30,797 nucleotides of DNA from Nautiliaceae bacterium (GCA_039831155.1 JBDONT010000031.1:1-30797); one strand, 5' to 3'. Counted from the first letter of the stretch, positions 20,254-30,771 are shown. Made by a program: numbers and translations. Notes: a model not told the origin generated them from the sequence alone.

Positions 20254-21264
20254 ATGGAAGTGATATTCGTAGGCAAAGAATGGAAATTTAAAAACGCCCT
20301 AAAAGAAGAACTTTTAAAGCAAATTGACTACAACTCCTTAAGATATATTAACAGTTTTGATATAGATTTTAAACCCACAACCGAAACCCTAATCGTTACC
20401 AATAAAAAAACATATCCGTTAGTATCAAGAATTTTGGCAAACTTAACAAACCAACAACTCGAAGTTAAAGAAGATTTTTTAGTACCTCAACACGCCAAAT
20501 TCTCAAAAAACAGTTTCATTCTTAATTATTTCTATCCGGTAAATGTAATTTTACTGGAAAACAAAGTACCGGAAATTTTCATAATAACCCCCGAATACGA
20601 ACACATAAACGTATTTAAATTCGACAAAGAAACGACTATGATGTTTTTAGAACCCATTTTTAACGCTCACAAGCTCAACTACACAGTAATTGAAAATGAA
20701 GGTGGTTTTACCGAAATCGTAACCGAAACGTTAGAGGAAATAGTAAAAAAAGAGATTTTAAACACAATTCCTACTATAGTATTTGGAAATTTATTCGAAC
20801 ACATCGTAAAAAACCTACCTCCTAAAAAAATAACCTTTGCCGAAAGTTGTACCGGAGGACTTATAGCAAGCAATCTTACTAAAATTAGTGGTTCTAGTGG
20901 ATGTTTTGACGGAAGCGTAGTTACATACGCCAATAAAATCAAACACGAATGGCTGGGAGTTGAGGAGATAACTCTTGAAAAATACGGAGCAGTAAGCGAA
21001 CAAACGGTAAAAGAGATGCTCCTTGGAGCCATTGAGATAAGCAAAGCCGATTACGCTATAGCCGTAAGTGGAATAGCCGGACCAACCGGTGGAACACCCC
21101 AAAAACCGGTAGGTACCGTTTTTATAGGGGTTGCCGATAACAAAAGCCTAAAAGTAGAACACCACCTGTTTAAAGGAGACAGAAACTACATCCAATATCA
21201 AGCTATGATGAACGCAATTAGAATGTTTATTGATTTTAGTGGACTTTATAGTAAAATTCCATAA
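20254..21264 (+). CDS. cinA: CinA-family protein with C-terminal NMN deamidase (PncC) domain
   Basis: FAESCTGG, SGSS, VTYANKIK, YGAVS, SGIAGPTGG, KPVGTV; N-terminal half divergent. Confidence 0.9.
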   Translation: MEVIFVGKEWKFKNALKEELLKQIDYNSLRYINSFDIDFKPTTETLIVTNKKTYPLVSRILANLTNQQLEVKEDFLVPQHAKFSKNSFILNYFYPVNVILLENKVPEIFIITPEYEHINVFKFDKETTMMFLEPIFNAHKLNYTVIENEGGFTEIVTETLEEIVKKEILNTIPTIVFGNLFEHIVKNLPPKKITFAESCTGGLIASNLTKISGSSGCFDGSVVTYANKIKHEWLGVEEITLEKYGAVSEQTVKEMLLGAIEISKADYAIAVSGIAGPTGGTPQKPVGTVFIGVADNKSLKVEHHLFKGDRNYIQYQAMMNAIRMFIDFSGLYSKIP

Positions 21265-21276
21265 AAAAGGTGCTTT

Positions 21277-22296
21277 ATGCCAAATCCTATTGAGAGAGTA
21301 AAAAAAGCGATTAGTGAAATTCAAAAAGGCAATATTATCATAATGATAGACGACGAAGACAGAGAAAACGAAGGTGATTTAGTATATGCCGGGGTCTTTT
21401 CAACTCCCGATAAAGTAAACTTCCTGGCAAGTAAAGGACGTGGGCTTATATGTGTTAGTCTTACAAACGAAATAGCAAAAAAACTCGACCTAAAACCTAT
21501 GGTCACTTCCAATAAAGAGAGTTTCTCAACAGCCTTTACAATCAGCGTAGACGCAAAAGAGTGCAAAACCGGTATAAGTGCGTTTGAGAGAGACTTAACG
21601 ATAAAAAAACTATCAACTCCTACCAGCAAACCGGATGACTTTGTAAAACCGGGGCATATATTTCCACTTGTGGCAAAAGAAGGAGGCGTATTGGTCCGTA
21701 CGGGACATACGGAAGGCAGCGTGGATATTTGTAAATTAGCCGGAGTATACCCTAGTGCCGTGATATGTGAAATAATGAATGAAGACGGAAGTATGGCAAG
21801 ACGCAACGATTTGGCAAAATTTGCAAAAAAACACAACCTGGCAGTAGTTTATATTTCCGATATCGTAGAATACAGACTTCAATTTGAAACATTAATTACA
21901 AAAGAAAAAGAAAAAACCTTAAATATAGACGGAGTAAAATTTAAAAAAACTATTTTCAAAGACCATCTGGGACATTTTCATTACGTTTTATCCAACAACC
22001 CCAAATCCACAACAAACGTTAAATTTTACAAAGTAACCAAAAACGTGGATTTTCTACTTAACGGAGAGATTTTAAAAGAATACGAAAAAGTACTTGAATA
22101 CATAAAATATAACGGAGGGGCTATTATTTTTATAGATTCAAACTCAAAAGAAGCCGAAAAAGAGTACGGAATAGGTGCTCAAATTCTAAAAGCTTTAGGA
22201 ATTACGAATTTAAATCTATTTAGCAAACATAAAAACGAATTTAACGCCCTAAAAGGTTTCGGAATTAACATAAACAAATATTTGGAGATAAAATGA
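21277..22296 (+). CDS. ribB: 3,4-dihydroxy-2-butanone-4-phosphate synthase fused to a degenerate GTP cyclohydrolase II-like domain (RibBX type)
   Basis: DDEDRENEGD, GLICV, TAFTISVD, TGISA, PGHIFPL, RTGHTEGS, ICEI; C-terminal domain keeps YGIGAQIL but has no Zn-binding Cys. Confidence 0.93.
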   Translation: MPNPIERVKKAISEIQKGNIIIMIDDEDRENEGDLVYAGVFSTPDKVNFLASKGRGLICVSLTNEIAKKLDLKPMVTSNKESFSTAFTISVDAKECKTGISAFERDLTIKKLSTPTSKPDDFVKPGHIFPLVAKEGGVLVRTGHTEGSVDICKLAGVYPSAVICEIMNEDGSMARRNDLAKFAKKHNLAVVYISDIVEYRLQFETLITKEKEKTLNIDGVKFKKTIFKDHLGHFHYVLSNNPKSTTNVKFYKVTKNVDFLLNGEILKEYEKVLEYIKYNGGAIIFIDSNSKEAEKEYGIGAQILKALGITNLNLFSKHKNEFNALKGFGININKYLEIK

Positions 22297-23186
22297 AAGC
22301 TATAATACTTCTAAATATGGGTGCTGCAAGAAGTGAAAAAGAATTAAAAGAATTTTTATATAATATGTTTAAAGACAAAAGAATTATTTCATCTCCCCTG
22401 CGTCACATATTAGCCCCTCTTATTTCGAACTTAAGATACAAAAAAGTGTGGAAAAACTACGAAACGATAGGGGGCAGCAGAATATACGAACTTACGGAAA
22501 AATTATGTAAAAAAATGAAAAAACACACCGACGCCGATGTAATATACGCTATGAGATATACAAAACCTCATCTTAAAGACGTAATAAAAAATTATGACGA
22601 AGTTACAATTCTTCCTCTTTATCCACACTACTCTTTTACAACATACGAAAGCTCACTCGACGAATTAAAAGAGAGTGATTTTAAAGGCAAAATAGATATA
22701 GTAAAACCTTTTTTTAAAAACGAAAAATTTAACGAAATAATAAAAAATCATATCTTAAACAGCATACAAAACCCAAAAGAGTGGAATTTAATTTTTTCAG
22801 CCCACGGGCTTCCCGAAAAAATGATAAAAAAAGGGGACAAATACCAATCCCATATCCAACAACACGTAGAAATATTAAAATCCAAACTACCGAAATTTAA
22901 ATCCATAAATCTAGCATATCAGTCAAGATTCGGCTTTGCAGAGTGGCTAAAACCTTATCTTCACGAAGAACTTAAAAAATATAAAAACGAAAAAGTTTTA
23001 ATTTATCCTATTTCATTTATGATAGACAACAGCGAAACCGATTTGGAATTAAAAGTAGAATATAAACATCTAGCTGAAAAAATAGGAATTAAAGAGTATA
23101 AAGTAGTAGAATGCCCAAACGACAATGATGAAATAGCAAAATTTTTAGTGGAGATTGCAAATGAAAGCAGTACTTCAAAGAGTTAA
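22293..23186 (+). CDS. hemH: Ferrochelatase
   Basis: LLNMG, AMRY, LPLYPHYS, FSAHGLP, YQSRFG, WLKP, DNSET. Confidence 0.95.
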   Translation: MKAIILLNMGAARSEKELKEFLYNMFKDKRIISSPLRHILAPLISNLRYKKVWKNYETIGGSRIYELTEKLCKKMKKHTDADVIYAMRYTKPHLKDVIKNYDEVTILPLYPHYSFTTYESSLDELKESDFKGKIDIVKPFFKNEKFNEIIKNHILNSIQNPKEWNLIFSAHGLPEKMIKKGDKYQSHIQQHVEILKSKLPKFKSINLAYQSRFGFAEWLKPYLHEELKKYKNEKVLIYPISFMIDNSETDLELKVEYKHLAEKIGIKEYKVVECPNDNDEIAKFLVEIANESSTSKS

Positions 23187-23586
23187 ATATTCAAGCGTAA
23201 AAGTAGACAATAAACTTATAAACGAAATAAACGAAGGTTTAAACGTCTTAATAGGATTCGAAAAAGAAGACAGTGAAGAAAAAATTAAAAAAATGGCGAA
23301 AAAAATCGTTAATATGAGACTTTTTGGAGAAAGATTTGAAAAAAGTTTAATAGATATTAAAGGAGAAATTCTTTTAATTCCTAATTTCACAATTCCAGCA
23401 ATTACCAAAAAAGGGACAAGACCTAATTTTCAAAACTCTATGCCTCCGCTTGAAGCAAAAAAATTTTATGATAAAATTACAAAAGAATTACAAAGTTTTG
23501 TCTTTACTAAAACAGGTGTTTTCGGTGCCGATATGGAAGTTAGCATAATAAACGACGGTCCCGTAACTATTTTGCTGGAGGTTTAA
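23161..23586 (+). CDS. dtd: D-aminoacyl-tRNA deacylase
   Basis: MKAVLQRV, NFT (QFT variant), KGTRP, FGADMEV, NDGPVT. ATG 23161 preferred. Confidence 0.93.
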   Translation: MKAVLQRVKYSSVKVDNKLINEINEGLNVLIGFEKEDSEEKIKKMAKKIVNMRLFGERFEKSLIDIKGEILLIPNFTIPAITKKGTRPNFQNSMPPLEAKKFYDKITKELQSFVFTKTGVFGADMEVSIINDGPVTILLEV

Positions 23587-23587
23587 T

Positions 23588-23968
23588 ATGAAAAAACTAC
23601 TAATATTTTTATTGGTTACACTCTCTTTTTCCTACGACATTAAAGAATTCACAACGTGCAAAAACGTACAAAATTTAACTCCCTTTAATCCTACGACAAC
23701 TTTTTCAATTAAAGACAAAAAAGTCTATGCTTTTGCTTATTTTACAAACATCAAACAAAATAGACTCATTGACTTCGTATGGGAAAAAGAAGTAAACGGC
23801 ATTTGGAAATTATATGCGGATATAAAACTCCCTATATTTTCCGGAAACAGATGGAGAACATATTCAAACATAACAATAAGACCCTATTTTAAAGGCAAAT
23901 GGAGAGTTAGTCTCTTTGAAGGTAATAAAACTATAAGAGTTTTAGATTTTTACATAAAAAGAGATTAA
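23588..23968 (+). CDS. Exported DUF2914-like protein
   Basis: Signal peptide; C-terminal RWRTYS...GKWRV pattern recalled for DUF2914. Confidence 0.65.
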   Translation: MKKLLIFLLVTLSFSYDIKEFTTCKNVQNLTPFNPTTTFSIKDKKVYAFAYFTNIKQNRLIDFVWEKEVNGIWKLYADIKLPIFSGNRWRTYSNITIRPYFKGKWRVSLFEGNKTIRVLDFYIKRD

Positions 23969-23973
23969 AAATT

Positions 23974-24690
23974 TCAATTAATCTCTTCTTTTATTATTTT
24001 AGCTTTCTCTTTTATCTTTGCAATTTTTTCTTTATAACTTATATTTTCCAGCAAAACTTTTACAAAAGTACTTCCGACGATAACTCCATCCACATCTTTT
24101 GACTTTTCGCGAGCGGTTTTTTCATTTACTCCAAAACCTATATAAACAGGAACCGACGTTATAGCTTTTATAGTACTTATAATTTCACTCAAATCCTCTT
24201 TTTTATCACTACCGGTAATTCCGGCATAAGCCACCATATAAACGAATTCTTTAGGATTTCTCAAAATCGTTTTTATTCTCTCTTTCGAATCGGTAGGAGC
24301 GACAAAAGAAATAAGAGGAAATTTCTCCTCATAAACAACCGCTTCTTCATAAGGCAAATCCGGAATTATAAATCCTTTTACATTCATTTCTTTAGCTCTA
24401 GCTACCATAAAATCATAACCTTTATGGTAAAAATTATTAAAATATCCCATCCAATAAAGCGAAATCTTTTTAGGCACATATTTACTTACATAAAATGTAT
24501 CATCTATTTTATAACCGTTTTCCAAAGCTTTTTTATTCACTTCTTGAATAACGTCTCCATCGGCAACCGGATCGGAAAAAGGAATACCCAGTTCGACTCC
24601 GTCCACAAACTCACTAATCTCATTAATAAGTTCGATTGTAAAATTTTTATTGGGATAACCGGTTGTAATATAGGCAATCAATTTTTTCAT
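23974..24690 (-). CDS. trpA: Tryptophan synthase alpha subunit
   Basis: [44 protein letters not shown]. Start moved to ATG 24690. Confidence 0.95.
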   Translation of the reverse strand: MKKLIAYITTGYPNKNFTIELINEISEFVDGVELGIPFSDPVADGDVIQEVNKKALENGYKIDDTFYVSKYVPKKISLYWMGYFNNFYHKGYDFMVARAKEMNVKGFIIPDLPYEEAVVYEEKFPLISFVAPTDSKERIKTILRNPKEFVYMVAYAGITGSDKKEDLSEIISTIKAITSVPVYIGFGVNEKTAREKSKDVDGVIVGSTFVKVLLENISYKEKIAKIKEKAKIIKEEIN

Positions 24691-24743
24691 CTCAAACCTT
24701 TTGTTGTATAATAATATTAATGAAATTATATCAAAGGAAGCTA

Positions 24744-25520
24744 ATGAAAAACACTCTAAAAAATCTTTACAAAAAAGAAAAATTAACAATGATTACGGCT
24801 TATGACGCTCTTTTTGCAAAAATTTTCGACGATATTGCGGATATTATTTTGGTGGGCGACAGTTTAAATATGAGTTTTCTTGGAGAAAGCGACACGTTAA
24901 ACGCTACAATAGACCAAATGATTTATCATACTCGTGCAGTATGTAACGGTGCAAAAAAAGCCTATATCGTATGTGATATGCCTTTTGGAAGTTATACAAC
25001 CCCTAAAAAAGCTCTTGAAAATGCAGTAAGAATTTATAAGGAAACAAAAGCTGACGCCGTTAAACTCGAAGGTGGAGCGGAAAAAGCCGAACATATCAAA
25101 CTTTTAACGGATAATGCGATAGCGGTTGTGGGACATATAGGACTTATGCCTCAGTTCAGCAGAAGCGAAGGAGGATATATTGTAAAAGGAAAAGACGAAA
25201 ATTCAAGAAAAAAACTCCTTGAAGACGCAAAAGCCGTAGAAAAAGCCGGAGCCGTAATGCTTGTAATAGAAGGTGTAAAAGAAGAAATCGCCAAAGAAAT
25301 TACCGAAAGCGTAAATATACCTACTATCGGAATAGGTGCCGGAAGATATACGACCGGACAAGTACTCGTATGGAGCGATATGCTGGGATTTTTCGAAGAG
25401 TTTAAGCCGAAATTCGTAAGACGTTATTTAAACGGGGCTGAGCTTGTAAGAGAAGCGGTAAAAAAATACGCAGATGATGTAAAAAACGGAAATTTCCCGG
25501 GTAAAGAGGAAATATATTAA
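24744..25520 (+). CDS. panB: 3-methyl-2-oxobutanoate hydroxymethyltransferase
   Basis: [44 protein letters not shown]. Start moved to ATG 24744 (AAGGA SD). Confidence 0.96.
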   Translation: MKNTLKNLYKKEKLTMITAYDALFAKIFDDIADIILVGDSLNMSFLGESDTLNATIDQMIYHTRAVCNGAKKAYIVCDMPFGSYTTPKKALENAVRIYKETKADAVKLEGGAEKAEHIKLLTDNAIAVVGHIGLMPQFSRSEGGYIVKGKDENSRKKLLEDAKAVEKAGAVMLVIEGVKEEIAKEITESVNIPTIGIGAGRYTTGQVLVWSDMLGFFEEFKPKFVRRYLNGAELVREAVKKYADDVKNGNFPGKEEIY

Positions 25521-26512
25521 TGAGAATAGTAGAAGTTGAAAAAGTAAGTTTTGACGAAGCCTATGAAAAGTCTTTAAGACCTCAAAATTTAAACGAATAT
25601 ATAGGACAAGAACAAATAAAAAAAAATCTAAAAGTTTTTATAAAAGCGGCTAAAAAAAGAAAAGAATCGCTTGACCATATTCTATTTTTCGGACCTCCGG
25701 GACTTGGTAAAACCACATTAGCAAATATTATAGCAAACGAAATGGGAAGCAATTTGAAAACAATATCCGCTCCTATGCTTGAAAAATCGGGAGATTTAGC
25801 GGCTATTCTTACAAATTTAGAAGACGGTGATATTCTCTTTATCGATGAAATTCATCGTCTTAAAGCTTCAATTGAAGAAGTTTTGTATTCGGCGATGGAG
25901 GATTTTAGGCTTGATATAGTAATAGGAAGCGGTCCGGCGGCACAGACTATTAAGCTGGATGTTGCGAAATTTACACTTATCGGTGCTACGACAAGAGCGG
26001 GGATGCTTTCTAATCCTCTTCGCGACAGATTCGGTATGAGTTTTAGACTTAATTTTTATAACCATAAAGAACTAAGTGAAATTATCAAGCTTGCATCAAA
26101 GAAACTAAATAAAAACATCGAACAGAGTGCCGCTGTGGAAATTGCCAAACGCTCACGCGGAACCCCGCGAATCGCTCTTAGACTTCTTAAAAGAGTAAGA
26201 GACTTCGCCGAAATAAAAGACGAAAAAACAATTACACATAATACAACCAAGTACGCACTTGACGAGCTAGGAATAAACGAATACGGTTTTGACGAACTTG
26301 ATATTAAATTTTTATCTCTTCTTGCCGAAGCGAAAAAACCCCTAGGACTCTCAACCATAGCGGCGGCATTAAGTGAAGACGAAGGAACCATAGAGGATGT
26401 AATCGAACCGTTTTTAATAGCCAACGGCTTTATTGAAAAAACACCAAAAGGAAGAGTCGCAACGAAAAAAACGTATGAAATATTAAATTTTAGCACGATA
26501 ACGCTTTTTTAA
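25520..26512 (+). CDS. ruvB: Holliday junction branch migration helicase RuvB
   Basis: [46 protein letters not shown]. Confidence 0.98.
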   Translation: MRIVEVEKVSFDEAYEKSLRPQNLNEYIGQEQIKKNLKVFIKAAKKRKESLDHILFFGPPGLGKTTLANIIANEMGSNLKTISAPMLEKSGDLAAILTNLEDGDILFIDEIHRLKASIEEVLYSAMEDFRLDIVIGSGPAAQTIKLDVAKFTLIGATTRAGMLSNPLRDRFGMSFRLNFYNHKELSEIIKLASKKLNKNIEQSAAVEIAKRSRGTPRIALRLLKRVRDFAEIKDEKTITHNTTKYALDELGINEYGFDELDIKFLSLLAEAKKPLGLSTIAAALSEDEGTIEDVIEPFLIANGFIEKTPKGRVATKKTYEILNFSTITLF

Positions 26513-26521
26513 AGGAACACA

Positions 26522-27520
26522 ATGAAATTTTTAACTTTCTTAACACTAGTCGTAGGATATTTTGTATATCTTACTTATAAACCGTATTTACTTGATATGG
26601 CTATTGCGGCTTTAATGGCTATTGCATTTGGTAAAGTAACGTTTTTTATTAATAAAAAAATTAAAAACAAATATATAGTTTCGGCTATTATCACTTCCTT
26701 ATTCGCCGGATTAATTTTCGGACCTATATTTTATTTTTTAATAACCATAGGCAAATTCGTTTCCAAAGTTAAAATAGAAGATATTAAAACCATAATTTTA
26801 AAAGCTCAAAATCTTTTGAGTTTTCTACCGGATACAATGGCTCAAAAAATTAAATATTATTTAAATCCGGATAATATAACTCAAATTTATAATACTATCG
26901 CTCCTATTATAGCGACATTAACAACCAAAAGTGCCGTTTTTATTAAAGATGCGTTTTTAATCGTGGTCTTTTTCTTTTTTGCAACTTTATACGGTAAACA
27001 AATTTTAGAATTTTTTAAAAAAATAATTCCTCTTAATAATTCTCAATTGGAAAAACTTTTTTTCGGTACTAGTGAAGTTATGAGCGTTGTATTTTATTCT
27101 ACGGTTTTAACCGCTCTATTAGAAGGTGTTTTATTCGGAATAATTGTTTCTTTTTACGGTTTTAATTTCTTTTTATTTAGCATAATGTACGCTTTTTCTT
27201 CTTTAATACCTCTTGTTGGAGGAGTAATAATGTGGGGACCGGTAAGTTTATACTTATATTCAATAGGAAATATAAAAGGTGCCATAGCCGTTATAATTTA
27301 TTCTATTTTAATTATTTCCATAATTGCAGATACTTTTGTTAAACCGATAATAATAGAATTCGTTAAAAAAACATTTGAAGCCGATACGGAATTAAATTCT
27401 TTACTAATATTCTTTTCAATTGTAGCAGGAATTTCCTCTTTCGGATTATGGGGAATAATAATAGGACCGGCCGTAACCGCTATGTTTATATCCATATTGC
27501 GTTTCTATGAAAAGTTTTAG
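26522..27520 (+). CDS. AI-2E family (PerM-like) membrane protein
   Basis: About 8 TM segments; SLIPLVGG...WGP, DTFVKP, GISSFGLWGIIIGP motifs; follows ruvB as in other Campylobacterota. Confidence 0.88.
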   Translation: MKFLTFLTLVVGYFVYLTYKPYLLDMAIAALMAIAFGKVTFFINKKIKNKYIVSAIITSLFAGLIFGPIFYFLITIGKFVSKVKIEDIKTIILKAQNLLSFLPDTMAQKIKYYLNPDNITQIYNTIAPIIATLTTKSAVFIKDAFLIVVFFFFATLYGKQILEFFKKIIPLNNSQLEKLFFGTSEVMSVVFYSTVLTALLEGVLFGIIVSFYGFNFFLFSIMYAFSSLIPLVGGVIMWGPVSLYLYSIGNIKGAIAVIIYSILIISIIADTFVKPIIIEFVKKTFEADTELNSLLIFFSIVAGISSFGLWGIIIGPAVTAMFISILRFYEKF

Positions 27521-27535
27521 CCAATATCACTCAAG
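27515..27535. promoter_or_regulatory. HAIR-like (HspR) operator
   Basis: TTTTAGC-N7-ACTCAAG versus consensus CTTGAGT-N7-ACTCAAG: right arm exact, correct spacer, just upstream of the grpE-dnaK -35. Confidence 0.6.
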
Positions 27536-27561
27536 TTTTTTAAAAAAAATCCTTAAAAAAC

Positions 27562-27590
27562 TTGACATTCTTCTTTTAATTTTATATAAT
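27562..27590 (+). promoter_or_regulatory. Consensus sigma70-type promoter of grpE-dnaK
   Basis: TTGACA (27562-27567), 17-bp spacer, TATAAT (27585-27590). Confidence 0.85.
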
Positions 27591-27595
27591 TTTGC

Positions 27596-27683
27596 AGTCA
27601 AAAATAAAAACAGTTAAATAAACTCAACTTAAACAGTTAAGTTTATTTAGTTTTATTGAATTAAATAATATAAATTTTTGACT
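27596..27683 (+). repeat. Nested inverted repeats in the grpE leader
   Basis: AGTCAAAAAT (27596-27605) / ATTTTTGACT (27674-27683) enclosing TAAATAAACT (27615-27624) / AGTTTATTTA (27640-27649). Confidence 0.7.
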
Positions 27684-27741
27684 TTAATGATGTTTGAAAA
27701 CGAATTGTTATCTTATAAGTTTTAAACTTAAAGGAGGGGTT

Positions 27742-28272
27742 ATGAGTAAGAAAAAACATAAACATAATAAAAAAGAACACAAAGAGACAAAAACTCAAGA
27801 AAACTCAATTGATATAGGAGCTATTCAAAAAGAAAATGAAGAGCTCAAAAATAAACTTGAAGAAGCTTTAAGAGCTTATGCAAAATGTGAAAACGATAAA
27901 AAGCTTCTTCAAAAAGAAGCTGATAATGCGATTGAATATGCATATGAAAAATTTGCAAAAGACCTTTTACCGGTAGTTGATTCGCTTGAATTGGCGATTG
28001 CTCACGCAAACGATATAGAAAACAAAGAAGATGCTTTTGACAAATTGGTAGAGGGTGTTGAACTTACCCTTAAAAAACTTCTTGATACGTTTAAAAATCA
28101 CGGAATCGAACCGATTGAACACAATGAATTTAATCCGGAATTTCATCAAGCGATTCAACAAGTAAACAGCGATGTGCACGAAGACGGTGCAATTGTTGAT
28201 ATTTATCAAAAAGGTTATACTCTAAAAGGTAGAGTAATAAGACCTTCAATGGTAACAATAAATAAAAAATAA
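27742..28272 (+). CDS. grpE: Nucleotide exchange factor GrpE
   Basis: [48 protein letters not shown] before ATG 27742. Confidence 0.96.
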   Translation: MSKKKHKHNKKEHKETKTQENSIDIGAIQKENEELKNKLEEALRAYAKCENDKKLLQKEADNAIEYAYEKFAKDLLPVVDSLELAIAHANDIENKEDAFDKLVEGVELTLKKLLDTFKNHGIEPIEHNEFNPEFHQAIQQVNSDVHEDGAIVDIYQKGYTLKGRVIRPSMVTINKK

Positions 28273-28289
28273 ATTTTAAGGAGGAAAAT

Positions 28290-30164
28290 ATGGGAAGAGT
28301 AATAGGAATTGACTTAGGAACAACAAACAGTGCTATGGCATATTATGACGGAAAAGACGCAAAAATTATTCCGAATAAAGAAGGTAGAAATACTACTCCT
28401 AGTGTAGTAGCATTTACGGATAAAGGTGAAATTTTAGTAGGTGAGCCTGCTAAAAGACAAGCTATCACAAATCCGGAAAGAACTATCTATTCAGTAAAAA
28501 GAATTATGGGTATGATGTGTAATGAGCCAAAAGCTCAAGAAGCTAAAAAACACGTTCAATATAAAATCGTTGATAAAAACGGAGCTTGTGCAGTTGAGGT
28601 TGACGGAAAAGTATATACACCTCAAGAAATTTCAGCAAAAATTTTAATGAAACTTAAAAAAGATGCAGAAGAGTTCTTTGGTGAAGAAGTTACAGAAGCG
28701 GTAATTACTGTACCGGCATACTTTAACGACTCTCAAAGAAAAGCAACTCAAGAAGCTGGAAAAATTGCAGGACTAAACGTACTAAGAATTATCAACGAAC
28801 CAACAGCAGCTGCGTTAGCGTACGGACTTGACAAAAAAGGTGAAGAAAAAGTACTTGTATATGACCTTGGTGGTGGTACTTTTGACGTTACAGTTCTAGA
28901 AATCGGTGATGGTACATTCCAAGTACTAGCAACTGACGGTAACGCATTCTTAGGGGGAGATGACTTTGACAATAGAATTGTTCAATGGTTAATTGATGAG
29001 TTTAAAGCTGAAACCGGAATTGATTTAAGTAACGATAAAATGGCTCTTCAAAGATTAAAAGATGCGGCTGAAACAGCTAAAAAAGAATTATCAACTAAAG
29101 AAGAGACAGAAATTAATTTGCCGTTCATTACAGCGGATGCGACAGGTCCAAAACACCTTGTTAAAAAATTAACAAGAGCTAAATTTGAAGCTATGATTGA
29201 TGATTTGTTACAAGAAACATTAAGACATATTGATACTGCATTAAATGATGCAGGTCTAAGCAAAGACGAAATTGATGAAATCGTAATGGTAGGTGGTTCA
29301 ACAAGAATCCCTAAAGTTCAACAACTTGTAAGTGATTACTTTAACGGTAAAAAATTAAATAAATCAGTTAACCCTGATGAAGTTGTAGCACTTGGTGCGG
29401 CAATTCAAGCGGGTGTATTAAAAGGTGACGTAAAAGATGTATTATTACTTGACGTTACACCACTTAGCCTTGGAATCGAAACACTTGGTGGAGTAATGAC
29501 AAAAATTATTGAAAAAGGTACAACAATTCCGGTTAAAAAATCACAAATCTTTAGTACGGCTGAAGACAACCAAACAGCAGTTACAATTCATGTATTACAA
29601 GGTGAAGCGGAACTTGCTAAAGATAATAAATCTTTAGGACAATTTAACCTTGAAGGAATTCCACCGGCACCAAGAGGTGTACCTCAAATTGAAGTAACAT
29701 TTGATATCGACGCAAACGGAGTACTAAACGTAAGTGCTAAAGATAAAACAAGTGGAAAAGAACAAAAAATTACAATTACAGGAAGTTCAACTCTAAGCGA
29801 AGAAGAAATTGAAAGAATGATAAGAGAAGCTGAAGAAGCAAACAGAAAAGAAAAAGCGAGAATAGAAGCTATTAAAGCTAGAAACGAGCTTGATGCCGTA
29901 GCATATCAGGCTGAGAAATTCATAAACGATAATAAAGATAAACTTGGCGACGTAAGTGGACTTGAAGCTAAAATTAAAGAAGCAAAAGAACTTATCGAAC
30001 AACAAAGCGAAGATAAAGCAAAAATCGAGGCACTTAAAAACGAAATTACGTCTGAAATGCAAAAAGTTGCACAAAATATGCAACAAAACGCCGGCAATCA
30101 AAGCGGAACACAACAGCAACAAAACAAAAGTGACGACGACGTTATCGATGCAGAGGTTGAATAA
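28290..30164 (+). CDS. dnaK: Molecular chaperone DnaK (Hsp70)
   Basis: [66 protein letters not shown] tail. Confidence 0.99.
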   Translation: MGRVIGIDLGTTNSAMAYYDGKDAKIIPNKEGRNTTPSVVAFTDKGEILVGEPAKRQAITNPERTIYSVKRIMGMMCNEPKAQEAKKHVQYKIVDKNGACAVEVDGKVYTPQEISAKILMKLKKDAEEFFGEEVTEAVITVPAYFNDSQRKATQEAGKIAGLNVLRIINEPTAAALAYGLDKKGEEKVLVYDLGGGTFDVTVLEIGDGTFQVLATDGNAFLGGDDFDNRIVQWLIDEFKAETGIDLSNDKMALQRLKDAAETAKKELSTKEETEINLPFITADATGPKHLVKKLTRAKFEAMIDDLLQETLRHIDTALNDAGLSKDEIDEIVMVGGSTRIPKVQQLVSDYFNGKKLNKSVNPDEVVALGAAIQAGVLKGDVKDVLLLDVTPLSLGIETLGGVMTKIIEKGTTIPVKKSQIFSTAEDNQTAVTIHVLQGEAELAKDNKSLGQFNLEGIPPAPRGVPQIEVTFDIDANGVLNVSAKDKTSGKEQKITITGSSTLSEEEIERMIREAEEANRKEKARIEAIKARNELDAVAYQAEKFINDNKDKLGDVSGLEAKIKEAKELIEQQSEDKAKIEALKNEITSEMQKVAQNMQQNAGNQSGTQQQQNKSDDDVIDAEVE

Positions 30165-30282
30165 TCAAATTCCCTTCTCTTTCTCTCTTTCTCACTCTTT
30201 CTCAAATATCTTATAAAACCGCAACTTTCATAAATTAACATTGATTTTACTTTCTAAACTTTTCTCATTACATTACTTGCTT

Positions 30283-30345
30283 TAAGGGTATATATAGGGG
30301 TATAATACGTATATACAACCACAATTTTTGAAAATCATACCCCTA
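30283..30345. repeat. Putative integrase arm-type binding sites
   Basis: TAAGGGTATA (30283-30292) and TAGGGGTATA (30295-30304) in 12-bp tandem, plus inverted ATACCCCTA (30337-30345) just before the int start. Confidence 0.65.
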
Positions 30346-30350
30346 AAAGG

Positions 30351-30771
30351 ATGAAAATGCCGAGAATAGCGACACCTTTAAGCGACACAAAAATCAAAAG
30401 AGCCAAGCCGAAAGACAAAATGTATAAAATGTTTGACGGTGAAGGCTTATATATAGAAATAAAACCGACGGGTAGAAAAGTTTGGAGAGTAAAATACAGA
30501 TATGGAAGTAAAGAAAAAACTTATAATAGGAGATTATCCAGGTATAAATCTTTCAAAAGCAAGAGAGATAACGAGAGAAATTAAAGCACAAATTTCACAA
30601 GGGATAGATCCGGTTGCAAAAAGGCAGGAAGAAATAAAATCAAAAATCACTTTTGAAAAAATTGTAAGAGAATATTTAACTAAAAAACAAAAAGAACTTA
30701 ATGAAAAATATTTCAAAGCTACCAAAAGAAAATTCGAGATTTATGAGACATACCCAAAATTTTGTGTCTGA
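30351..30771 (+). pseudogene. Frameshifted, truncated P4-like tyrosine integrase (arm DNA-binding domain and start of core-binding domain only)
   Basis: LSDTKIKRAKP...DGEGLYIEIKPTGRKVWRVKYR...KEK in one frame continues as IGDYPGINLSKARE...GIDP...TFEKIV in the +1 frame; shift near 30514-30526; stop at 30771 before any catalytic domain. Confidence 0.88.

Noticed and set aside
20679-21836. Long antisense ORFs (20679-21044, 20815-21102, 21321-21836; likewise 13456-13827, 16042-16380, 26056-26496, 29793-30122)
   Set aside because: Shadow frames of well-supported genes with no recognisable motifs.
30165-30350. tRNA/tmRNA as the integrase target
   Set aside because: No cloverleaf, TTCGA T-loop or CCA-type end found.
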